NCBI GenBank assembly: GCA_010909165.1
Contig: MU008173.1
Location: forward strand, 124,001-188,000
From: Anthoceros angustus
Taxonomy: Eukaryota; Plantae; Anthocerotophyta
DNA length: 64,000 nt
Direction of reading: 5' to 3'
Positions 25,199 to 38,183 of this stretch are shown here, one piece after another. Positions within the stretch are counted from its first letter, which is position 1; each line of letters begins with the position of its first letter. The position numbers and the translations under genes are program-made. Below the pieces are notes generated by a model that searched no databases, was not told the DNA's origin, and saw only the letters and a list, made by a program, of their open reading frames with translations.

Positions 25199-25489
25199 GG
25201 ATGGACGAAACTGGCAACTGCGGCTCCTCACAGCAGGGAAAGGGAAAGCTGCCCAGTTCCTTTGTTTGAGAGGAGGAGGAGAGGCCAGGGCTCGTCTCAC
25301 TCTGACTGTCGTTGCAAGCTGCCTTTCTTATGAAGTTCCCTGCGTGCGTGCCTGCCCACGAATAGGTGTGTTCGACTGTTTCCTTCGGACCGAGTCTTTG
25401 ATTCGGACCCCACCTCTCCCCGAGTGGGTAAAGTGCTGCCTTGGACGCTACTCTTGCGCCGCAGAGTGACCTGTCGGTTCACCTGTTAT

Positions 25490-25660
25490 GCAGCTTCTGT
25501 TATGAAGATCAGCATCCTTGGCTGGAGAGCTTGTCTCAAGGTTGGTGCTGAATGAAGGGTCAGATAACTCATTGCTATGCATTCTTTGGGGTTCATTCAG
25601 CACTATGGATCCTTACCAGCTGCTATGCAGAACCCTGTCGAGAAGAACACATTTCTCGGC
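25490..25660 (+). pseudogene. E(z) SET exon-intron-exon fragment (mirror copy at ~53720-53900, minus strand)
   Basis: Homologous to reverse complement of ~27030-27165 (..GWGAFLK, intron, NPVEKNTFLG). Confidence 0.7.
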
Positions 25661-26451
25661 ACATGAGGTGGAATACGGCCAGTAACAAGGATGTGCAGAG
25701 ATCTCAGACACCTCCTTGTTATTAGATATGGGGTAGGTGGAATACAGACTGTAACAAGGATCTGCCTACATTTCATACACCTCCCGAGTCCCGACAGACA
25801 CCAGGTCAAAGGAGCCTCGTCCTCAATCTCGTATGGGCCTGTGGCGTGGGATCTGGGAAGGGGCGCTCCCTAGTAATATTAGCCACTAGCGTGCAGAGAC
25901 GATTTCACACAGCGTGTAGTGCAATCCTTGAGCATCAAATCCTGGAGAAGCAACATGGAAATCGGCAACGGCAAAAAGTTGGCGACACTCGGGAGACGGA
26001 TGAAAGTTGACTTGGCATTGTGGCATCGCTAATTAGCCCAAGAATGACTGTGTGTGTCCAGGCCTGTTTTTGAGGAAAATGCTCCGATTGAGGCTTGCGT
26101 TTCCTGTGACGCCATCCGTGCTCCAAAACTTCTGTGACAACGGGAGCTGTCTCGGAGCCACGCGGAGTTTCAAACGCACTGTCCCATAGGCCATTCCGAT
26201 TCCCATGCTAGCAAGCATGGCTTCCGCAACGGGGACGGAGTTTTAGCAAGTGGAGAGGATAACTGGCTGGTTATCTGTCCGTCGGATCACGGCGGAGGTG
26301 CCCGATACAGCCTCACAATCAAAATGCGCAGACTGAGGTCCGCATCGAAAACCAGGACCCTAGCAGTTTTAATGGGAGCGGCTTCCTCATCCACAGAAAG
26401 AAGACATTCGCAGAGACATTCACTGGCCTTGGAGTCGAAAAACAAGGCCTA

Positions 26452-29221
26452 AGGATCCGACAGAGACAGCCTCTTGGCTGGCTTCTTCAGTTTGCGAGGA
26501 TGTTGGGCTTTTCGTGCGAAATTGGAGTTGGCACGATTCTGGCGTGACTGTCGAAGCTCCTCCTCGTTCACTCTCACGGCCCAATCAGGACAAGATTCCG
26601 CTCTTTCCCAAAAATCCCTACGCGGTGGTCTCCACTCACCAGTAGGATCTGTGAAGCAGAGAACAAGCGTAAGGTCCCAGGTTCCACACACGAATGAAAT
26701 TAAGTTGCAAGGCTCCCTCGGGTTGTCGGGGATAGTTACCTTGGCAAAACAGTTCCGGTGGCTGGAATGATTTGCAAACTTGAGTTTGTCCCCTTTCCGA
26801 TAAGCATCGATGCAGAACTGGAGAGGTTAGGAGCAGCGAGCTGTTAGAATTCTCCCTCCACTGTGCCACGCGTACAGCAAGACCACAAGGGTGTCAGGTT
26901 CTTGCCTCGTTGTTCAGGTTGAAGAGGTACGAGCGGCCTTCATGATCATACTTCCTTCCCCTTCGTTCTGCTTCATCGTGGGTGATCGATCAGCTCACCT
27001 GTATACTCTCCAAGAAATGTGTTCTTTTCCACAGAGTTCTGCACAGTAAGGATTCAGAGTGTTGAATCAACACCACATAATGCATAGTAATGAAATATCT
27101 GACCCTACCTTCAGAAAAGCTCCCCACCCAACGATGCTTGATCTTCCTAGCAGAACCTGCATGACAGAGAAATAGCATAGATTAATAAGCCAGCCTGCCT
27201 CCTCCATTTTCCTGCCTCTCCCAGGCTCGGTAGCAATAACTCAGAGTGTCATCTGCCTGCCTAGCGTACCCGTTGTTTTTGTCCGAGGAAGAGGGACATA
27301 TTGTGGCAGTCACAGATGTCTTCGCGTTGAGGTGGTCCAATACAAGAGCCATCGCCACAGCTGAGAGAAGCAAATCATTACCATGATCAAACATTATACA
27401 CTACAACCTCGCTGACATGCAGGAAGCTCCAACCTAAGTTGCACCACACAGCCGTGTCTGCCAAGACTCCAACATGCTCACCTTATCCAGCATTTCCTGC
27501 ATACATCAGGATCACACTCCCGTGAAGCAGCAAAACAAGGACAATTCCTCGTACTGCAGTGACCCTTTGCACAATTGCATCCTCTAAAACGATATTTGCA
27601 ACTGCTTGCACACCTGCACAAACCACACAAGTATCCGACATCCAAGAACATGAAGTCGAGTTTGTTCAACCCAGTTGGTGACGTTGGCAGATAGTGAGGC
27701 ATGCATGTTTCTTACCCACAAAGCTTTTCACAGCAGGTTGCATTAAGCTTGCAAGGGCATTCCTTCCCACATGTTGGGAAACAGGCACAGGGATTGTAGT
27801 TTGTATACACATCTCTCTTAGCAAGATCACTCAAACGCTGTCGCAGAGCATTTGTCATACTACTGCCAGACCCTTTTCTACCCGCTCTTCCTTTCCGCCT
27901 ACCACCCACGTGGGCGGACATCTGCTTCCTGCTTTAACCAGCCCACTCTTCAACCAATGAGATGCATTTTCATGTTCTATACCTAACCACCATTCATCCC
28001 ACCAGGACGGCAAGTCTACCTCTGTGCCAATTACAAAGACAATCAAAACAAAAGGAGCTGGCACAAGTTTCACACCTGGTCATTGCCTGCCTGTATTGGC
28101 TGATAATGGCCACCACCTACTTTTTGAGAGCCTTCCCGTGTAGTCATGAATTTTGAAACCTCAATACACGTCTTCCAGCCTTTGAGAAGGTTTTGGGAAA
28201 TAAGGCAGCTGCATCAGCAGCCAAACAAAGGACCAGGGCTCAGATGAAACCTACTCCACTTTCAGTTGACCAGAGCAGTAACCATGGCTCAATGGGGCAA
28301 AATGGATACCTGTTGCAGCCAAAAATCTGCAAACCTTTCTCATACAGATCTTTCTCGAGATTTGTCCAGCCACTATTGTCTCCACCAGTTTCAACAAGTG
28401 AATCTGTCATGGGATGGAGCCTTGCCCCCTGATCTCCACTGTTTGTACTTGCTATATCGTCATTTGCTGAAGAAGCAGTCTTTTCCTCTATCAGGTGGCC
28501 AGAATCAGCTTCAGCTTCAGGCAGGAATTTTGGGACACTTTTCTCCTGATCATGCTCAGTTTCTGAGGTCAGCCGAATTGAATTGCTTCCCTGATCTCTG
28601 GTCCGTTTCAAACACACCTGAACCTCCTCAGTCTTCTCACTGTCATCTTGTAGTCCGCCTGACAGTTCACCATCTTCTGGCATAAATTTCCTCTTGCTTC
28701 GTGCAACTGTAGCAGGACTATCCCTCAAAGAGGTTATTCCTCGTCCAAGAGCACTGGACGAGCCCACTCTATCAAGATGAGCTTCAGTTATACCCACACC
28801 CATCCTTTGAGGGCATGATGTGTCTTGCTTCTGTATGGAGCTGAATCCCTGCTCCTCACAGCTTCCAATACCAGACACCCCGCTGAGCTCAACAGGCTGT
28901 TGTGAACAAAATGCAGTCAGATCTTTTCACCCATTGTCCATAGTCCCACAACTTCGGAATCTCAATCCTATACGCAACATCCACTGTTAGGAGCCAGACG
29001 TACCTGTAACACACATTGAGAGCTACAGGGTCTTGATCTTTCGACATCTGGTTGTGTCCAATGGCGAGTTACTTCATTCTACAATGATGCTCCCCCAAGC
29101 CAGTAAGAATGCCATAATCTCCAGTTTGCAAAACAGCACGAGGTCAGACAACAGAAACTGCAATGTCTTACAGGCAAAGCTAGTTCTTGTGAGCAGCCAT
29201 GCAGCACACAGTCAAAGACCT
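26452..29221 (-). pseudogene. Diverged CLF/E(z)-like H3K27 methyltransferase gene, multi-exon, disabled in SET; 5' exons not found
   Basis: Exons VFDCVLHGCSQ, RPCSSQCVLQ, WTNLEKDLYEKGLQIFG, SCLISQNLLKGWKTC, YNPCACFPTCGKECPC, FRGCNCAKGHC..CPCFAASRECDPDVC, GWGAFLK, FLGEYTGELI, DAYRKGDKLKFANHS, GDHRVGIF. 4-bp GATC duplication at 26984-26991 and loss of ELFYDY. Confidence 0.88.
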
Positions 29222-29759
29222 GCAGATTAAATGAGTAACAGCTGCCTGAGTAACCCTGAGTTGATGGCTGTCATTTCTGTTCTGAAGAAGGAAGCATGGG
29301 CGAGTGCAAACCAGCAGGAAGCGACAATCAAGGAGGTGGTTGCCCTCATCACTGCAAAGGACTCTGAGTTTTTTCGCATTTTGCACATGCCTGCGCCCGG
29401 GACCGCAGCTGGGCATGGAGGTGAGTATCCTACGAGAAATGCCTGCTTATGATACACTTTATAAAGATCTGGAAGATTGGACCTTGGATGTAACACTTAT
29501 GTTGCAATTTTGGGGCTATGTAACATTATTTTTTGGCCCCCCTTGTTACACTTTGGCTTGGAAATCAGACCGGAGCTTTTGTTGCAATCATGTTGCAAGG
29601 GTGTTGCAATTCTGTTGAAATGAACTGAGAGGTGATTTTGTTCTCTCAAGATTGCAACATATAAAGTGTGACTTCCTGCATTGCCTTTTAAGGAGGCACT
29701 GGATAGAGAAATATAGGTTGGTGTGCTGCAGTGGCACATCTGCAGTGCACTTCCTCCTC

Positions 29760-30031
29760 TTTTGCCTCCATGTTCTCCTTTGCATCACTGCCAGTCTGCC
29801 TCCATGTTCTCCTTTGCATCACCGCCAGTCTGCCTCCATGTTCTCCTTTGCATCACCGCCAGTCTGCCTCCATGTTCTCCTTTGCATCACCGCCAGTCTG
29901 CCTCCATGTTCTCCTTTGCATCACCGCCAGTCTGCCTCCATGTTCTCCTTTGCATCACCGCCAGTCTGCCTCCATGTTCTCCTTTGCATCATCGCCAGTC
30001 TGCCTCCATGTTCTCCTTTGCATCACCACCA
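29760..30031. repeat. 34-bp minisatellite, 8 copies
   Basis: Unit gtctgcctccatgttctcctttgcatcaccgcca, head to tail, no spacers. Confidence 0.95.
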
Positions 30032-30295
30032 GTACGTGTCCCCCGGCCATAAAATGTCGACTACTCCTGGCTCTTTTTTAAGCATTTCAATGTTCCCCTA
30101 ATCCTCTCTCATTCTCTCCCCTAGATAACTACCTCATGTCCGTGACGTGCTTTTCTGCCCCTGTCCCGACCATGCCTGCTGCTGGCTGCTCCACTCTTGT
30201 CCTCCCTCTCCCTCTGCCACCCACCTCTTTCACTCCTCTGCGTTCTTTTCATTGATGTTTCAGCATCATCCCCTCTTCCTGTTTCGAGCACCTGC

Positions 30296-30715
30296 CAAAT
30301 TCGCCCTCAAACACCAATCCCGGATCAGTAGTGTAGCGCATATGAACAGCCTGTGAACTAAATATGCCGACAGAGAGCGAGGCCTGCTTCTTCTCAACAG
30401 GGAGAATGTTCTGCTTAACAGAGTAGTCCATGGCGACATGCTGTCCCTTGCTCACAAAGGTTCTGAAGCTGTTCGCACACACGTCTCCCTGGTCTGTCTC
30501 CAGAAAATACTCCCTAGGATCAGACTCGGGAATGAAGCGCCGCACGAGCTCCACTCCGTAGGTTTTGTGGAAAACCCTAGAGGTGACAAGCCGCGGGCAA
30601 CGCCCAAAACTGACAGCTCCTCTGCACGCCGCGCCACCAGGGTCGGGGGCAATGACCATCCTGCCATCCAGCACGTCGGCAAAGGCATCCTTGATTCTCC
30701 TCTGTCGAATCCCGA
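30296..30715 (-). pseudogene. HSPA12-like copy 3: internally deleted paralog of copy 5
   Basis: PDPG..ACRGAV..SRVFHKTYG..YTTDPG. Flank 30715-31030 matches 36415-36620. Confidence 0.8.
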
Positions 30716-31179
30716 TTCTCCACTAGGTTGCAGGCAGCAGTTCCCACCACCACCTCACAATTGTCACTCGTCTGCTCAATACTACGAGATTCCACCAAGC
30801 GGCTATCCTCCTGTAGAAGATGTACAAGAGACTACCAGATTTGGTGATGGAATTGGTCAGCCATACCACACCATATACAATTGTACTTGGCGCGTGATCA
30901 CAGCTGGCGGCATTCACTATGAACAGTTCCAGCGAACAAGTGGATTCCTTTGGAAGAACATCCGCGTACAGAGACAGACGGTCACAGACCACAGGGCACG
31001 TACCGCAATCCTTGCACGTCATGTCCTAGTCTGGAGAAGCAATCTTGATCCAAACCGGAGTCGGGTTGTTGAAGCCGTGCGTGGCAGACTCCTTGCTCTT
31101 TGAGATCAAGGGGAAGGCAGATCCGAGGTGGCAGGGATTTGAGTCACGAGTGTGCTGGTCCGCTGGCAGCTTGGCTGCT

Positions 31180-32765
31180 ATGGCGATCGGGAGCGAGGTG
31201 AGAGTGGTAGTGGGGATCGATTTCGACACCACTTTCTCGGGCTTCGCATTCGCGCACAAGGACGAGCCTGATCACATCTTTACCTTCTACGAGTGGCCGG
31301 GGCAGGAAGGCAAATCGTATTGCAAGACGCAGACCGGTCTGTTCTATGTGAACAAGAAGGCGGCTCCAGGTAGGAAGGCGGAGTACGAGCTCACACACTG
31401 GGGATGAAGCGGGGGGGGGGACCAAGAGGGGTGGGAAACATGCCGCCGGCCTTGAACTTCCCGAGGGCTTGCCGGTGGTGAGAGCCACGGCCGACTTCCT
31501 CAAGGAGATCTCCACCTTCGCTCTCAAGCATGTGCAGGAGACATGGGGCAGCCACATCACGGCCAGGAACGAGCAGTGGTGCCTGACAGTGCCCGCCATC
31601 TGGGACGACTCCGCCAAGCAGATGATGCGCAAGTGTGCGCAGATAGCCGGCCTGGGAGCCGGCCCAAGCTGCCCGCCTCACCTGGCCGCGGCCGCCAGCC
31701 CGCATCCCGTGCGGATCGTGTTGGAATCGGAGGCGGCATCCGCCTAATGCGCCAAGTCCAGATCAGGGCAACTGAACCTCGAGCGCGAAGAGGAGTTCAG
31801 GGTGGCGGATATCGGGGGAGGCACCACGGACATTGTGGTCCACACCAAGGCCAACCACGGCCTCCAGAAGCTGAAGCTGAAGGAAAGACGTGCAGAGCTC
31901 GGGTGATCCCTGCGGGGGCGCTCATGTGGACGCCAACTTAGTCCACTTGCTGCGGGCCAGGATGGGCTGCTTCGATGAAGCCGTGAGCCAGAACCCTAAC
32001 GCCATGACCGCGCTGCTGAGGCGCTGGTCCGACATGAAAACTCCTTCGATGGCTCCGAGGAGTGGGGTACTCAGAACCTGGACGTGCCGACAGCCGTGAA
32101 GAAAGCCTGGATATCCTACAACAAGAAGAAAGGGGGCAATGAGGATGACGACATGGAGTTCACCGTGTCAGACATGAAGCAAATCTTCGACCCCGTGGTG
32201 GACAGGATCATACAGCTGACACAAGAGGCCATCACCCCGCGCCTGAAGCTGCTGCTGCTGGTAGGCGGTTTCTCCGCCTTTCCTTACCTGCGGGACAGTG
32301 AAGGCAGCACTCGCAGAGAGGGTGGGAGACAAGATCGTGATGCCGCCAGATCCCGGTAGCGCCATGTGCCAAGGGGCTGTCCTCTTCGGCTTCTCCCCCG
32401 ACCTGGTCATCTCCAGAGTGGCCCGCAAAACCTACGGCATTGAGGTCGAGTCCGCATTCGATTCGGAGCGAGATGCTCCGGGCCACCGGCAATGGCGTTC
32501 TGCCTCCGGTTGGTAGTGCAGACACAGGTTCCGCGTCTTCGTGCGCAGGGGACAGCACGTCGGCGTGGATGAATGCTTCTCGGTTCCCTCATCCCCTGTT
32601 TTGTAGGCCAGATGGTTATGAAATTTAGCATCTTCAGCGCAGATGCAGTGGAGGTGCGCTACACCAGGAGCCGGCGTGGTTCTGGAAGGCGAGTTCGAGA
32701 TGGACGTCTCACGCGATCCGACAACCTCGGTCTGAAGCGCCGCGTCAACACATCCATGTTCGGAA
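31180..32765 (+). pseudogene. HSPA12-like copy 4, degenerate
   Basis: MAIGSEVRVVVGIDFDTTFSG, WCLTVPAIW, LESEAASA*, LVGGFSAFPYL; deletions, stops and frameshifts. Confidence 0.88.
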
Positions 32766-32889
32766 ATCGGAGTGGGGTTGGTGAAGGTGTCGCGGTGCGT
32801 AGCAGACTCCTTCCTAATTGAAATCAAGGAGAAAGCAGAACCGAGGTGGCAGCGATTTGCGTCACGATTTGTTGTGTGCTGATCCAGTG

Positions 32890-33760
32890 GAAAGATTGAG
32901 GAGCTCGGTTCAGATGTGTTTGAAGCGGACTAGATATCAGGGAACCAATTCATTGACCTCAGCAAATGAGCATAATGAGGGAAAGGTTTCCCAAAATTAT
33001 TGGCTGAAGCTGAAGCTCATTCTGGCACCTCATTGAAGAAAGACTGCTTCTTTGGCAAATGAACATATCGCAGGGACGAACAGTGGAGATCAGGGGCAAG
33101 GCTACATCCTGGGCAGATTCACTTTTGTTTCGAACAACCACTTCGAATCGATGAAAACTTATGTACAGGGGCAGATTGAGAGCAGCAACAGCTGCGAAAC
33201 AGATTCACTTGTCGAAACTGATGAAGACAATAGTGCCTGGACATATCTCGAGAGAGATCTATTTGGGAAAGGTTTGGCTGCAACAGCTATCCATTTTCCC
33301 ATTAAGCCATTTGGTCATTGCTCTCATTAAGTGAAACTGAGTAGGTTTCATCTGAGCCATGGTGGCCCTTTGTTTGGCTGCTGGTGCAGCTGTCTTATTT
33401 CCCAAAACCTGCTCAAAGGCTGGAATACTTGTACTGAGGTTTCTAAATTCATGACTGCACGAGAAGGCTGTCGCAAAGTAGGTGGTGACGGCCATATGCA
33501 AGCAGGCAAGGACCAGGTGCGACAACTTGTGCCAGCTATTGTTGTTTTATTTGACGACAGATATGAGTGACCTTTCTAAGAGGGATGTCGGTAAGGAGCT
33601 GTTTTACGAGAATGAAAGCTCCGGAATCCTGCCCTGATTGGGCCGTTAAAGTGAACGAGAAAGGAGCTTCGGCAGTCACGTCAGGACCCTGCCAACTCCA
33701 AGTTCGCACGCAAAGAGTCCTTTCTCCTAGTGAAGAAGCCAGCCAAGAGGCTGTCGTCTC
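32890..33760 (+). pseudogene. CLF/E(z)-like fragments (SANT region, then SET 3' tail)
   Basis: WTYLERDLFGKG, SCLISQNLLKGWNTC, KELFYE.., APESCPDWAV; homologous to ~28040-28620 and ~26460-26600. Confidence 0.8.
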
Positions 33761-34254
33761 TGTCGAATCCTCCCGCCCAAACCTTTCCAGTTGTAAGACA
33801 CGAATGCATGTTTTCCGACTCAATCCAAGGGAACGAATGCCGCTGCATGTTTCCCGGAACGGGCAAGAAAGACTGGCTCCATTCCTAACATCCTGGGACG
33901 GAACCTCTCACGACCCCGACCAGAACCTAGAGCGGCAGCTGGAAGTTACATTCCTAGACCCTGCGCTCTGCACATTTTCAGTTATATAGAATCCACTGCT
34001 GGATTCCCTTTCCAGGATGTAGGCCAATGGAAATTGCAGGTGGCAGCTGCCGGCTTTCAGATACCTAGCTTTGAGGCGCTCTTATGAAATGCGATGGTGT
34101 GGCTGATCCGAGGATACGCGCGTCTCCATTTGCAGTGGAAACGTGTTTTACTGATGGACGGATGGACGGATTTGGTTGGTCAGTTATGGCACAAATGTTT
34201 GTTTTGCAGAGTGCAAGATCGAAGCCACACTTTTAAACTGTTCCCGTCTCCTAC

Positions 34255-34515
34255 CATATGACAACTCTCCGGCAACTGTAACACCTTCTCTGTGGCTGTT
34301 TCCTAACATGTGGGAAGGAATGCCTAAAAGCTTAATGCAACCTGCTGTGCAACGCTTTCAGTTTGTGCGTAACAAGCATGCATGCGTGGTTTGGGCAGGT
34401 GTGGGGGCACACGTTGCAAATATCGTTTTAGAGGATGCATGTGCCAGAAATTGCCCTTGTTTTGCTGCTTCACGGAAGTGTGATCCCAGTTTATGCAGGA
34501 ACTGCTGGATAAGGT
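34255..34515 (+). pseudogene. CLF/E(z)-like CXC fragment
   Basis: CARNCPCFAASRKCDPSLCRNCWIR; homologous to ~27475-27800. Confidence 0.8.
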
Positions 34516-34550
34516 TCCAAAGCTTGGGAGAAGAAGAGCAAAATATGGAG

Positions 34551-36410
34551 TCAGTGCTCTTCAAGCTCAAATCCTATGCTGCGGTGCATCTCAATCACTT
34601 CTTCCATATTACCGAAATTGAGACGTCGGGCCTCCACCTGTATGCAGGAGGTGCCAAAGTACATAGACACCTGCAGCCTCCGCTCCAGGTCTAAATTATC
34701 TGGATCATCCGAAATGTCCACTTGAAATTCGCCCTCCAACACCACTCCCGGATCAGTAGTGTAGCGCACATCATCGGAGTTTGTACTGTAAATGCCGACA
34801 GAGAGCGAGGTCTCCTTCCTCACCACTGGGAGAAGGTTGTGCTTGACAGAGTGGTCGATGGCAACATGCTGTCCCTTCCTCACATAGATTTTGAAGCTGT
34901 TCGCACTTGGGTCCCCTGTCTGTCACTACGAGAAACTCCACAGGATCAGACAGGGAATGAACGGCCGCAGAAGCTTCACTCCGTAGGTTTTGCGAGAAAC
35001 CCTAGACAAGACAACCCGAGGGCAAAGCCCAAAATGACAGCTCCTTGACACACCGCACTACCCGGGTCGGGAGGCATGACGATTCTGTCATCCAGCACGT
35101 CGGCAAAAGCGTCCTTGATTCTCTTCCTCAGATACGGAGACGCTGAGAAGCCACCAACCAACACGAGCAGCTTCATGTCTGGGGTGAGTTGCTGCCGGAT
35201 GAGCTCCACGATCCTGCCAACCACAGGATCGAAAATCTGCATCATGTCTGACCTTCTCAACTCAATCTCGTCGTAGTTGGTGGCATCGTCGGCGTTGCCA
35301 GAGGCAGAGGCAGAGGCAGAGGCAGATGCAGATGCATTCGCTTCGTCGTGCAGTCGCCAAGCCTGGGACAGCTTCCGAGGCAAGTCAAGACATGGGGTTT
35401 CCTCACTTCCATCGTGATAGGTAGCCTTGATGTCTGCCCAGCTTCTCATGAGCCGAGTAAGAGATGCAGGATTCAGCCGAACCCACTCCTCCAGGCAGCC
35501 AATACGTCTGGACAGGAGCTCCTGAAAGTTGAGGTCCACATTGGCGCCACCGCAGAGGTCCCGGAGCTCTGCGACGTCTCTCGGAGTCGCAGTTCCGAGT
35601 CGTCGTCGTTCTCCTTGGTGTGCACTACGATATCCGTGGTTCCACCCCAGATCTGCCACCACGAACCTGTCTCCTTCCGCAGTCTGAGCTGCTTCGAATT
35701 CTTGGCGCAGTACACAGACGCGGCCTCCGATTCCAGGACGATGCGCAGAGGATGTGGGCTGGCAGCCGCTGCTAATTCCGAGGGCAATGCGGGCCCGTCA
35801 CCATCCCTGCCATCTGCGCGCACTTGCGCATGACCTGCTTGGCGGAATCATCCCAGATAGCGGGCACGGTGAGACACCACTGCAAATCCCTGGGACTGAT
35901 GTGGCCGCCATACGTCTCCTGCAGGTGCTCCACCGCGAAGGCGGACAATCTGGCCAGATAGTCGCTGATGGCTGTCACCACAGACAAGCCTACCGGCAGC
36001 GGTGGCGCTGTGGGTGCCTGTACCGGTGTCCTGCCCGATCGCGAGCTGCTTGGGACGTCGTTGCTGGAATCCTTGAACGTGCAGGCTCCGGGATCCACCT
36101 GCCGTGGCGCCAAATGGAGCTTGAACCTGGTGAGAAACTCGGTCCTCTCTCCTCCTCCATCCCCGTTCTTCTCCCTCAAATGGCACGCCTGCGCTGGCCA
36201 GCCCCAGTACGTGAGAGCGAACTCGCCGGACGCCTTCTTCACGTAGTGCAGGCTGGTCTGCGTCTTGCAGTACGGCTTACCTTCACGCCCGGGCCACTCA
36301 TAGAATGTGTACACCTTGTCTGGCTCATCCTTGTGGGCGAATGCGAATCCTGAGAAGGTTGTTCCCAGGTCAATCCCTACAACCACCTTGGCTTCCTCCG
36401 CCGGCGCCAT
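34551..36410 (-). pseudogene. HSPA12-like copy 5, full length with a few frameshifts (possibly assembly errors)
   Basis: MAPAEEAKVVVGIDLGTTFSG through NFGNMEEVIEMH, spread over ORFs 35772-36500, 35473-35823, 34976-35662 and 34551-34883; (AS)n insertion near 35300-35340. Confidence 0.85.
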
Positions 36411-36677
36411 CTCCTCTGTCGAATCCGATTCTCCACTAGGTTGCAAGCATCCCGATTCCACTAGGTTGCAAGCAGCAGTTCCCACCGGAACTTTCACCAA
36501 GCGGCTCTCACCCTGTAGAAGATGTAAAAGAAGAGACTACCAGATTTGGTGATGGAATTGGTCAGCCACACCATACCATATTTGTGCATTGCGCGTCATC
36601 ACAGCTGGCGGCATTCACTAAGTACTTCAAAGCTAAGTTTGAAGCTAGCTAGCAAATTAGCAATAGCAAATACTTCC

Positions 36678-37010
36678 GGCTCGTCCAGTGCTCTTGGTTC
36701 CTTGGATGAGGGTTAGTCCAGCCACAGTAGCACGAAGCCTGCAAGAGGAAATTTCAAGCCAGATGATGGTGAAACTGTCAGGCAGACTACAAGATGACAG
36801 TATTGACAAGATTCAGGAGGTCCGGATTTCGATGTGTTTGAAAAGGAGCAGAGATCAGGGAAACAATTCAATTCGTGTTCCAAAAAATTCTAACCTGAAG
36901 CTGAACCTCATTCTGGCCACCTGATAGAGGCAAAGGCTGCTCCCTCAGCTAATGGAGATACGCCAAGGACAAACAGTGGACATCAGGGCGAGGCTACATC
37001 CTGTGGGAGA
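36678..37010 (+). pseudogene. CLF/E(z)-like pre-SANT exon fragment
   Basis: Matches reverse complement of ~28410-28765. Confidence 0.75.
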
Positions 37011-37279
37011 GTCGCACAAGGGCTGGACATAGGTGAGATACGTATGTGCATAGCTAGGGCCATAGTGGGCCGTCGCAAGTTTCGCAATGCTTGCGCGTCA
37101 AATCCTGCTGGAGAAGCAATCTTGATGCAAACAGGAGTGGGGTTAACGTTGGTGAAGGTGTCTCCGTGCTTGGCAGACTCGTTGCTCGTTGAGATGAGAG
37201 GAGAAAGCGGAACAGAGGTGGCAGGGATTTGAGATACGATTTTGTGTGCTGATCCGTTTTGGCAGCTTGCCAAGCTGCG

Positions 37280-38183
37280 ATGGCGAAGGGAGCGAGGTGA
37301 GCGTGGTGGTGGGGATCGATTTCGGCACTACTTTCTCGGGCTTTGCATTTGCGCACAAGGCCGAGCCTGATCACATCTTTACCTTCTACGAGTGGCCGGG
37401 GCAGGAAGGCAAATCGTATTGCAAGACGCAGACCGGGCTGTTCTATGTGAACAAGAAGGCGGCTGCGGGCAGGGAGGCGGAATACGAGCTGACATACTGG
37501 GAATGGCCGGCGCAGGCCCGCCAGCTCAAATGCGGCCCGGGCGCAGCAGCCGGAGTTCACCTCACCAAGTTCAAGCTGCATCTGGCGCCGCAGAGGGCTC
37601 GGGATGCCGCTCTGTCCAGGATGCTGTCGGGGCTGGACATGGGATGGACAGGCGGTAAGCGCAAGCGCGGCATGGCCGAGGCCGAGGAAGAGGCAGAAGC
37701 GGGGGGGACCAAGAGGGATGGGAAACATGCCGGTCCTGAGCCTCCCGAGGGCTTGCCGGTGGTGAGAGCCACGGCCGACTTCCTCAAGGAGATCTCCACC
37801 TTCGCTCTCAAGCATGTGCAGGAGACATGGTGCAGCCACATCACGGCCAGGAACGTGCAGCGGTGCCTGACAGTGCCCGCCATTTGGGACGACTCCGCCA
37901 AGCAGATGATGCGCAAGTGTGGAGATGGCCGGCCTGGTGGCCGGCCCTAGCTGCCGCCTCACCTGGCCGCGGCCGCCAGCCCGCATCCAGTGCGGATCGT
38001 GTTGGAATCGGAGCCGGCATCGGCCTACTACGCCAAGTCCAGATCCGGGCAGCTGAACCTGAAACGCGGAGATGAAGTCATGGTGGCGGACATCGGGGGA
38101 GGCACCACGGACATCGTGGTCCACACCAAGGCCAACCACGGCCACCAGGAGATGAAGCTGAAGGAATCCGTGCAGAGCTCGGC
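37280..38183 (+). pseudogene. HSPA12-like copy 6, 5' half only
   Basis: VVVGIDFGTTFSG...CLTVPAIW...LESEPAS...GGGTTDI...VQSS, then unrelated sequence. Confidence 0.88.

Larger units (their letters stand above)
20639..26620. repeat. Left arm of ~6-kb inverted segmental duplication (partner 52991-59122)
   Basis: Mirror-image order HSPA12 start / GIL1-like / HSPA12 / upstream region / SET tail. Example match: 26341-26520 vs reverse complement of 53068-53260. Confidence 0.88.

Noticed and set aside
23171-25333. 720-aa + strand ORF (also 58983-60629 on minus and similar ORFs over other copies)
   Set aside because: Antisense shadows of GC-rich HSPA12-like genes; long antisense ORFs are a known by-product of codon bias in Hsp70-family genes. 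No recognisable domains.
26452-29221. Functional CURLY LEAF gene
   Set aside because: SET frameshift, ELFYDY deleted and no clear N-terminal exons; called a pseudogene pending read checks.
29760-30031. CRISPR array (also considered for 62873-62986)
   Set aside because: No unique spacers, no cas genes, eukaryotic context.
29720-30101. Repetitive ORFs (CLHVLLCITASLPPCSPLHHRQ)n
   Set aside because: Translations of a 34-bp repeat that is not a multiple of three.
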